64,000 nucleotides of DNA, taken from positions 4,000,001-4,064,000 of the forward strand of contig CBDCXR010000004.1 in the NCBI GenBank assembly GCA_965223845.1. Direction: 5' to 3'. Below are positions 57,096-64,000 of the stretch, one piece after another. The translations under genes and the position numbers were made by a program. The notes under the pieces were generated by a model. The model was not told the DNA's origin and did not search any database. It worked only from the letters and a program-made list of their open reading frames with translations. Position 1 is the stretch's first letter, and every line of letters starts with the position of its first letter. This DNA is from Planctomycetota bacterium (lineage in GTDB: Bacteria; Planctomycetota; UBA8108; SXIK01).

Positions 57096-58463
57096 TCAGA
57101 TCAGTTCGTGAATCGGCTGGCGCCCGTCGTCGACGAGGAACGTCGGTCGGCCGCGCAGGTCTCGGACGGTCGCCAGGTTGACGTCGATCCCGACGTTCGC
57201 GTAGAGCGTCGCCAGAACTTCCTGGATGTGGACCGGACGGTCGACCGCCTCGCCGCCGAGGCGATCCGTCGATCCGATGACCTGGCCGGTCTTCATTCCG
57301 CCGCCGGCGAGAAGCGCGCAGCTCACGCGCGGCCAGTGATCGCGCCCGGCGTCCTTGTTGATCTTCGGCGTACGGCCGAACTCGCCCCAGACGCAGACGG
57401 TGACGTCCTTCTCGAGGCCCCGCTGGTGGAGGTCCTCGACGAGCGCGGAGACTCCCTGGTCGATCATCGGGAAGTCCTGTCGGGCGCGGCGAAAGTTGCC
57501 GCCATGCCAGTCCCACCGGCTGAAGGCGAGCGTTACGCAACGCACTCCGGCTTCGACGAGTCGGCGAGCGAGGAGGAAGTCGTCCATGAGGCGGGGACCT
57601 CCGTCCGCGACCTTCTTCGCCGAGCCGCGGCCGTAGCGATCGCGAACTCGAGAATCCTCGCGCTCGAGATCGAGGGCATCGGCGAGTCGGCTCGACGTGA
57701 GGACGCCGAACGCCTGACGCGTGAACGAGTCCATCCCGTCCATCATCCCGCTCGCGTCCGCCTCGCGGCGGAAACGGTCGAAGCCCGCGAGGAGCGCTCG
57801 CCGGTCGCCGAGGCGGTCGAGGGAGACGCCGTTCAGGACCATGTCCTCGCGCCCCTCGCCCTCCGGCTTGAACGGCGCGTGCGCGGGTCCGAGGAATCCG
57901 GGCTGACCGGCGTCGGCCCAGCGCATCTCGCCCATCGGCGGCGCTAGTCCGACGAAGGGTGGCATCGCCGCGGTCGTAGGACCGTGGAGCTTCGACATCA
58001 CCGAGCCGATGGACGGCCACCCGCCCGCCGGCATCTGGTTTTTTCGGCGACCGGTCATGCACTCGAACGCGTCGTGCGCGCCGCTCGCGCCGACGACCGA
58101 GCGGATGACAGCGAGGCGATCCATCATCGCTGCGAGACGCGGAAAGAGCTCACAGATCTCGATCCCAGGGACGTTCGTCCCGATGGGACGGAACTCGCCG
58201 CGGATCTCCGACGGCGCGTCCATCTTGAGATCGAACATGTCCTGATGCGGCGGCCCGCCCGGCAAGAAGATCATGATGATCGACTTCCGCCGGCCCGGTG
58301 CGACGCGAGCCTCGCCGTCGGCGGCCGCTTGGGACGCCTCGGCGTGGAGAAGCTGCGGCAGGCTGAGCCCGCCGAAGGTCAGTCCTCCGATCCGTAAGAA
58401 ATTGCGTCGCGAGACGCCGTCACAGAATCGTTCCCTGACCGGCCCCCCGAGGATCGAAAGCAT
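57096..58463 (-). CDS. DUF1501-domain protein (Tat signal), paralog A
   Basis: SRRNFLRIG and the same DUF1501 motifs as the neighbouring gene. Confidence 0.92.
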   Translation of the reverse strand: MLSILGGPVRERFCDGVSRRNFLRIGGLTFGGLSLPQLLHAEASQAAADGEARVAPGRRKSIIMIFLPGGPPHQDMFDLKMDAPSEIRGEFRPIGTNVPGIEICELFPRLAAMMDRLAVIRSVVGASGAHDAFECMTGRRKNQMPAGGWPSIGSVMSKLHGPTTAAMPPFVGLAPPMGEMRWADAGQPGFLGPAHAPFKPEGEGREDMVLNGVSLDRLGDRRALLAGFDRFRREADASGMMDGMDSFTRQAFGVLTSSRLADALDLEREDSRVRDRYGRGSAKKVADGGPRLMDDFLLARRLVEAGVRCVTLAFSRWDWHGGNFRRARQDFPMIDQGVSALVEDLHQRGLEKDVTVCVWGEFGRTPKINKDAGRDHWPRVSCALLAGGGMKTGQVIGSTDRLGGEAVDRPVHIQEVLATLYANVGIDVNLATVRDLRGRPTFLVDDGRQPIHELI

Positions 58464-58583
58464 CGAGATTCTCTCCCAGCCGCGTTGACTCGTTGTCTCG
58501 GGGGCTCAGTTTAGCCCGATTTTCCCGAGGAAGGGGAGCCGTTTCGCGCCGAAACCACGAAATTCTCGCGAGTTTATCGGCCG

Positions 58584-58988
58584 TTACTCGCCCGAATCCG
58601 GTAGTCCGGGACGGACCTTGAGAACGGTCTCCTTCCGGATCGAGACCGTGCCCGGCTTCGCGCCGCGGGGCTTCGAGACGTACTTCGCGCGCGTGCACGA
58701 TACGGCGACAACCCCGCCCGAGCGCGCTTTGCTGTGATGAGCAGCGATCGCAGCCGCCGCCTCGAGGGTCGCGCGGTCGGGGTCCGCGTCGTCGCGGGCG
58801 ACGAGGACGACGTGGCTCCCGGGCATTCCGCGGACGTGAAACCACCAATCGTTCGCGCGGGCGATCTTGAGGCTCAGGCGATCGTTGTCCGCGTCCGTCC
58901 GGCCGGCGAGGACCTGCCAGCCGCCGGGGAGGTCGTACTCGTAGAGGGCAGGCGGAGCCGGGGGACGGCGTCCGGGGCGGTCGGTCAT
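58584..58988 (-). CDS. NFACT RNA-binding domain (DUF814) protein
   Basis: AGRTDADNDRL, DWWFHVRGMPGSHVVL, AAAIAAHHSKAR, VSKPRGAKPG. Confidence 0.9.
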   Translation of the reverse strand: MTDRPGRRPPAPPALYEYDLPGGWQVLAGRTDADNDRLSLKIARANDWWFHVRGMPGSHVVLVARDDADPDRATLEAAAAIAAHHSKARSGGVVAVSCTRAKYVSKPRGAKPGTVSIRKETVLKVRPGLPDSGE

Positions 58989-59290
58989 CGCTACTTGTTC
59001 ATTTGTTCTCGGTTGGCCTGGCGTCAGTGTCGGAGCTCATGGACCGTGGGTGGCCCGGATGGCCTCGTCGCGCTCCGCACCAAGGCGGCGCACGCTGCGG
59101 TACGGCCGCGTCTCGCAGGCCGGTCCGCGCGCGGTCAAGAATGGTCGGAAACACAGAGAAAGACACTATCCGGCGATCCCGCGCGTTTCTCACCAGATTC
59201 GCTGAGCCGATCGACGCGCCGCTGGAGGGTGAAAACTGACAACGACGCGGTGCGATACGGACCGGAGAGAGGTCCCAACCGATTTGCTTG

Positions 59291-59350
59291 ACTAATTTTT
59301 TAGTGCCAAAACCTTGACTGCCGCCGGCCAGAAGCACTAAAATCATAGTG
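59291..59350 (+). promoter_or_regulatory. Sigma70-like promoter with two ACTA-N6-TAGT palindromes, putative BlaI-family operator
   Basis: ACTAATTTTTTAGT (59291-59304), TTGACT (59314-59319), TAAAAT (59338-59343) and CACTAAAATCATAGTG (59335-59350) in an AT-rich patch upstream of the repressor gene. Confidence 0.65.
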
Positions 59351-59398
59351 TCTGGACTCGTCGACACGATTCTGAACACGTAGGCAGCAACCGGTCGC

Positions 59399-59782
59399 AT
59401 GAACGACTCCTCCGAACTCAGCCGGCGAGAGCGGCAGATCATGGACAGTCTCTTCGCCCGCCGCAAGGCGACGGTGAACGAGGTCCGCGTCGACCTGCCC
59501 GACCCTCCGACGGACAAGGCCGTGCGCCGCATGCTCGAGATCCTCGAAGAGAAAGGCCACGTCAAACGCCGCAAGGAGGGGCGCGGATACGTCTATCGCC
59601 CAACGCAGTCCAAAAAGCGGGCCGGCGAAAAGGCGCTCCGGCACGTTCTGCAGACCTTCTTTGAGGGCGCGCTCGATCAGGCGTTCGCCGTTCACCTCCG
59701 TTCGAAAGAGTCGGAGCTGAGCGAGGAGCAGCTCGATCGGCTCCTTCGACTCATCGAAGAAGCACGTCAAAAAGGAAGATGA
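59399..59782 (+). CDS. BlaI/MecI/CopY-family transcriptional repressor
   Basis: LSRRERQIM…LEEKGHV…YVYRP…FFEG; directly upstream of an M56 gene. Confidence 0.93.
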   Translation: MNDSSELSRRERQIMDSLFARRKATVNEVRVDLPDPPTDKAVRRMLEILEEKGHVKRRKEGRGYVYRPTQSKKRAGEKALRHVLQTFFEGALDQAFAVHLRSKESELSEEQLDRLLRLIEEARQKGR

Positions 59783-59785
59783 CCC

Positions 59786-62215
59786 ATGGCCCATCCCGTC
59801 CTCGCTCTTGCGTCGGACACGATCACGGTTTCTGGCGCAGCGTCGCTTCTGGTTGCGTTGATTAAGGGCGTTGTCGTCTTGCTTGGTGCAGGAACGGTCG
59901 TGCTCGCTATGCGCCACTCCTCGGCCGCCAAGCGGCACCTTGTTTGGACGGTTGGTCTGTTGAGCGTTCTGTTGTTGCCGCTTGTTTCGCTCGCCTTACC
60001 GAGCTGGAAGGTGTTGCCGGAGTGGCTGCGGGCTGAATCCATCGTGAGTGGGCTCGATGCCGATTTCGGTCAACGAGCGACTCATTCGGACCGCGATCCG
60101 GCGGGGTCGCCGGTGCGAGCGCCGGTAGTCACCGAATCCGTAGAACGCGCCCCCTCGCTGCAGCACGCAATCGTCGCCGCTAGCGAAGCGTCCCCGAGGG
60201 TCCCTCCGGACGAGGTGCGCTCTGCTTCTGCGGACGCTTGGCTCAAGACCGGTGTATGGATTTGGGCCGTCGTGGCCGCGGCACTCCTCCTGCGAATCGC
60301 GTTGAGCCGGATCGTCTTGGCGCGAGTCGCCAACACCGCTTCGCGCATCGAGGATGGACGGATCCATAACCAGATCGCGGATATCCGGCGACGATACGGC
60401 ATCCACGGCGAGGTTCACGCCTATCTGAGCGGCACGCGTGCACTGCCCATGACGTGGGGACTCTTTCGCACACACACCTTGCTCCCGGCAGGTGCAGCCG
60501 ATTGGCCCGCCGGCCGGCTCGATGCCGTCCTTCTGCATGAGCTTGCGCACGTCAAACGACGTGACACGATCACCCACGTCGCTGGGCAGGTCGCTTGTTC
60601 CCTGTACTGGGTCAACCCGTTGGTGTGGCTGGCGGCGTGGCGAATTCACGTCGAACGGGAACGCGCCTGCGACGACCTCGTCGTCTGCGACAGCATTAAA
60701 GCATCCGACTATGCAGAGCATTTGCTGCGCGTCGTCGGTAAGCGCCGCCATCACCGGGCCGCGCCGTGCTTGGCCGTGGCGATGGCAAAAACCTCCCAAC
60801 TGGAAGGACGCGTCGTGGCAATCCTCGATGAACGCCTGAACCGAAAACCTGCGACAAGAGGCTTCTTCACCACTGTGCTCGTCGCCGGCTTTATGGGCGT
60901 CATCGCCATCGCGACTCTGCGGGCTCAGAGCCCACAAAAAGGTGTGAACAAGGCGGAAGACCGCCCGAGATTCGGCGATACCATCGAACTCGTTATGAGC
61001 GACGAAACCGGCGAAACGCCCGTGATCGATTTCGACCGCGGAAAGGTCGGCACGGCACCAGCGGAGCTGAAGCGAGAAGGAGACGAAGCTGCCTTCGTCA
61101 AATGGATGGCGGCGAACGGTTACGACGCGGTCAGAGACACGAACGGCAAGACGCCGGGCGGCCTGATCGGCTTCGACATGGTCGCCCGCATTCGTGGTGA
61201 CCATGAGTGGGATGCAAAGTTCTCGCACATAACGAGAGACCTCTCTGGCGGGGATCCCGAATCACCCGTAGTGATGGCGCCTCAAGCCTTACCCGCGACT
61301 TACTTCATTCGCACACGTGAAGGGGGCACGGGGATCTTACAGTTCGTGAGGCTCGAGAGTCGGCCCAGAGGATTGCGGATTCGGGTAAAAATGCTCGGGG
61401 TCGATCCAACCGCCGCGAGGAGAGCAACGTCTGAACGAAAGGCGCCAGGGGTCATCAGACACGTCAGCGCGTTTCTCGACGCAGTGAGTTCCGGCAAACA
61501 CGCCGAAGCAGAGAATCTGGCGGGGCCTGAGTTTCTCCGCGGTGAGCTCTACGAGTTGAAGCGGATTTCGGCAGACAAGCTCACGGTGAGTCAACTGTAT
61601 GTCGATTCTGGGGACGCGCTTGCCATCACGTCCCCCTTGTCGGTAGGCGACGCGGGTGGGAAACGGGTCGGGCGTCTCGTGCTCACCTGGAGACACCGAG
61701 CAACCCGCAGAGACGAGAACGATATAGGATCAGATGGAAACGCTGACGACCCGGTTGAAGTCGCGATGTCTTGGCGACTCCGCGACGTCGACTTCGAGAG
61801 CGACGAGTCTCTGCAGCGCGAGATCGCGCGGTTCCTGAAAGACTTCCCCGATGCGGTGCGACTTGAATCTACTCCTGTGAGTTTGCGCCGATACGTCCGC
61901 CTTGTGGTTGGGCCGGACGACCAGTTGACGCTCGAGGGGCGCGCGACGACGTGGCAAGCGCTGCCGACCGCCTTGGCAAGAACGCCGCATCGCGCTTCGA
62001 CCGTGTTGGAGTTTGCCATCTCGACCGAGGCGCTCGCCGTCGCGAGACTGAAAGAGATTCAGTCTCGTGCGGCTGCATTGGCCAAGAAGCACGGATTTGA
62101 ATACTCCAGCTACGTCGGCGTCTATCCGCTAGGATCAGTCGGGTCGCCCGCAAGGGCCCGAGGTCGTTCCACCCGAGCTCCGAGATCATCTGAGCGAAAA
62201 GAGGGACAGCGCTGA
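59786..62215 (+). CDS. M56-family (BlaR1-like) metallopeptidase / signal transducer with a long extracytoplasmic C-terminus
   Basis: RHLVW, PMTWG, VLLHELAHVKRRD, YWVNPLVW, ERERACDD, YAEHLL, LEGRV; TM followed by sensor domains. Confidence 0.92.
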   Translation: MAHPVLALASDTITVSGAASLLVALIKGVVVLLGAGTVVLAMRHSSAAKRHLVWTVGLLSVLLLPLVSLALPSWKVLPEWLRAESIVSGLDADFGQRATHSDRDPAGSPVRAPVVTESVERAPSLQHAIVAASEASPRVPPDEVRSASADAWLKTGVWIWAVVAAALLLRIALSRIVLARVANTASRIEDGRIHNQIADIRRRYGIHGEVHAYLSGTRALPMTWGLFRTHTLLPAGAADWPAGRLDAVLLHELAHVKRRDTITHVAGQVACSLYWVNPLVWLAAWRIHVERERACDDLVVCDSIKASDYAEHLLRVVGKRRHHRAAPCLAVAMAKTSQLEGRVVAILDERLNRKPATRGFFTTVLVAGFMGVIAIATLRAQSPQKGVNKAEDRPRFGDTIELVMSDETGETPVIDFDRGKVGTAPAELKREGDEAAFVKWMAANGYDAVRDTNGKTPGGLIGFDMVARIRGDHEWDAKFSHITRDLSGGDPESPVVMAPQALPATYFIRTREGGTGILQFVRLESRPRGLRIRVKMLGVDPTAARRATSERKAPGVIRHVSAFLDAVSSGKHAEAENLAGPEFLRGELYELKRISADKLTVSQLYVDSGDALAITSPLSVGDAGGKRVGRLVLTWRHRATRRDENDIGSDGNADDPVEVAMSWRLRDVDFESDESLQREIARFLKDFPDAVRLESTPVSLRRYVRLVVGPDDQLTLEGRATTWQALPTALARTPHRASTVLEFAISTEALAVARLKEIQSRAAALAKKHGFEYSSYVGVYPLGSVGSPARARGRSTRAPRSSERKEGQR

Positions 62216-62283
62216 CGCGCCGAGTCGCGGTCGAGATCGCTCGACGGAAGACTCGCGGAGACTGAGCATTGGAGGTTCTCTCA

Positions 62284-62790
62284 ATGACCCGTTCGAACTA
62301 CGTCCGCGGCGCCTCTTTATTCGTCGTCTGCGCCTTGTCGGCGTCTTGTTGCGGGGTGGTTTCGCTTCCGTCGAATCGAGGCCAGACCGTCGCTAACCTG
62401 GGCGTGGTCGTGAAAGCGCTCAAAGATCACGAGAAGCGCACGGGCGAGTTTCCCGCGAGCCTCGAGGAGTTGCCGCTCGCGCGTGCTCAGCTCGTCGACG
62501 GAATCGGCAATACATTCCTTTACGCCCGGCCGGACCGGGAGAGCGCCGAACTGCAGACGGTGGTCGCGATGAGCGAGCCGACCGGGCACCACTTTCTCGA
62601 TTTCGAGAAGGGGTGGCACTTCGTGGTCCGCGACCCAGACGGCACGCTGCGCATTCGGTCCGCGGATGCGGCCGCGAGAAAGCGCGCCGAGGAGATGGAA
62701 CGCAAGTACGGGACCCGAATCTCGCCGCCTCCGTTACCGCAGCGGCGTCCCGATTCCGCCCCTGATTCGGAACGCACGCGTACTTCGTAG
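62284..62790 (+). CDS. Hypothetical exported protein with a GspG/pseudopilin-like globular motif
   Basis: Hydrophobic N-terminus ending LSASCC; ALKDHEKRTGEFPASLEEL…DGIGNTFLY resembles the GspG pattern YP..L..L…DPWG..Y.Y. Confidence 0.5.
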   Translation: MTRSNYVRGASLFVVCALSASCCGVVSLPSNRGQTVANLGVVVKALKDHEKRTGEFPASLEELPLARAQLVDGIGNTFLYARPDRESAELQTVVAMSEPTGHHFLDFEKGWHFVVRDPDGTLRIRSADAAARKRAEEMERKYGTRISPPPLPQRRPDSAPDSERTRTS

Positions 62791-62823
62791 GGACTCTTCG
62801 CCGCGCGCCTCGAGTGCGTTCAG

Positions 62824-63501
62824 ATGCGGATTCGCAGACAAGCCGTAACGACCCTATTCGCCGCGATATCCGTCGCGGTGCTGATCACGCTCGCAGCACA
62901 GGTATTCTTCAGACCGGATCCTGTCCGAGCTTACCCGCCAGCGCCTAGCGCACGCGTCGTCTCTTTCCCGACCGACCCAATCCCACTCGGCGGCGGTGTC
63001 CTTGGAAGCCTCGGGACCCTGCACACGCGGCCGTGGAAGGAGGGTCCTGTCGCCACGGTCGGACGGTGGCAGGAAATCGGGACAGCGTGGGGGGACATCT
63101 CGGTGCCCGCAGACACACTGCTCCAGTTGAGCCTCGACTCGAACAACAACACAGACCTATCGGCGCTCGCTGGCCTCGCCCCATTCGACGTTCAGGTCCT
63201 CTCGGCGCCGGCACAAAACCGAATCACGCATACCGCGATGCCGAGTATCGGTCGATTGGCCGGACTGAGAGTACTGCACCTCGGGGGGGCCCAAATCACC
63301 GATGACAGTCTCGCCCACCTGTCCGGTCTCTCGTATTTGGAGCACCTCGACATCCAGAACTGCCCGATTTCCGACAACGCGATTCCTCACCTAGGCAAGC
63401 TCCGCTCTTTGCGATCGCTCTGGCTCTCTCGAACACGAATGACGAGACACGGAGTCGCGCGACTTCGATCTGCGCTTCCCGGATGCCAGATACGAAATTG
63501 A
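62824..63501 (+). CDS. Membrane-anchored leucine-rich-repeat protein
   Basis: LRVLHLGGAQITDDSL, LEHLDIQNCPISD, LRSLWLSRTRMT; ends LRSALPGCQI. Confidence 0.88.
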   Translation: MRIRRQAVTTLFAAISVAVLITLAAQVFFRPDPVRAYPPAPSARVVSFPTDPIPLGGGVLGSLGTLHTRPWKEGPVATVGRWQEIGTAWGDISVPADTLLQLSLDSNNNTDLSALAGLAPFDVQVLSAPAQNRITHTAMPSIGRLAGLRVLHLGGAQITDDSLAHLSGLSYLEHLDIQNCPISDNAIPHLGKLRSLRSLWLSRTRMTRHGVARLRSALPGCQIRN

Positions 63502-64000
63502 GTCGGGATTGGACCGGGCCTCACAAGGCGGTCACCGATCGCGGTCTGCGTCATTCGCGACGATGGCAGTGGTACCGTTTCTTCCCGATGGGCTGAGTCG
63601 AATCGCGCTGGCGATTTGGCACCGGGGCGGCACCGGCTCACAGAACGGCCCCGCTCTTGCGCGTGGCCGATTCGGCCTGACCCCGCGAGTCCCCGTCTCC
63701 CGCTGCCCGATCGGGAACCAGAGCGGGAGAAGAAACCTGTGCGGAGACGGTAAAGAGCCTCGCGTGAGTGCCTGAGTGTGCTGGTACCGAGCGCTCGCCT
63801 TCGACAGTGCCTCCGAACGCTAACGCTCGACCACCGTCGACAGTTTGGTCCTTTCGGCGCCAGTCGACAAAGCTCTGCCGGCCGGGATCCCGGCATCTCA
63901 GTCCATGCATCGTCTTCGCGGCTTGCGAGACTCGGGCGACACCCTCATGCTACCGGTCGCCCGACCGGCCGCGACCGACGTGGCCTCGCCTCTTTTGGCT

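Noticed and set aside
59293-59308. TTGGCAC on the minus strand as a sigma54 promoter
   Set aside because: No GC at the -12 position; better explained as part of the repressor operator.
63509-64000. Short ORFs at the right end
   Set aside because: No motifs, RBS or codon bias that I could support.

Overview
High-GC bacterial window, inferred to be Planctomycetota from its tandem Tat-exported DUF1501 genes, FxRGDxNxDG dockerin-type repeats, lamin-tail/CotH protein, BlaI/M56 pair and giant Ser/Thr kinases. No rRNA, tRNA or CRISPR array was recognised. The best candidate for an undescribed system is a tightly coupled minus-strand operon at 1-17315, running off the left edge, that looks like a diderm-type poly-gamma-glutamate (PGA) synthesis and export locus. 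It encodes a CHASE2 sensor with a degenerate His-kinase core, a lone receiver protein, a 1078-aa protein with two PgsC/CapC domains fused to two apparently inactive PGA-hydrolase-like domains, an 843-aa membrane-anchored beta protein, a stand-alone PghP-like hydrolase, a ~1860-aa beta-sandwich/TPR/beta-barrel protein and a HEAT-like protein that the ORF track missed. Other notable items: (i) a kinase-STAND-TPR-sigma54 activator facing a dockerin-cohesin-dockerin gene, with a visible -24/-12 promoter and two phased TGT-N12-ACA sites between them; (ii) a FimV-like lipoprotein with repeated TQxL motifs next to a Ser/Thr kinase; (iii) a secreted Ala/Lys/Cys protein with about 5.8 near-identical 282-bp repeats; (iv) a TMTC-like GT-C plus GT2/DUF2304 glycosylation cluster; (v) a solo Y1 (RAYT-like) transposase. 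All family calls were made by eye from motifs; no database search was run.
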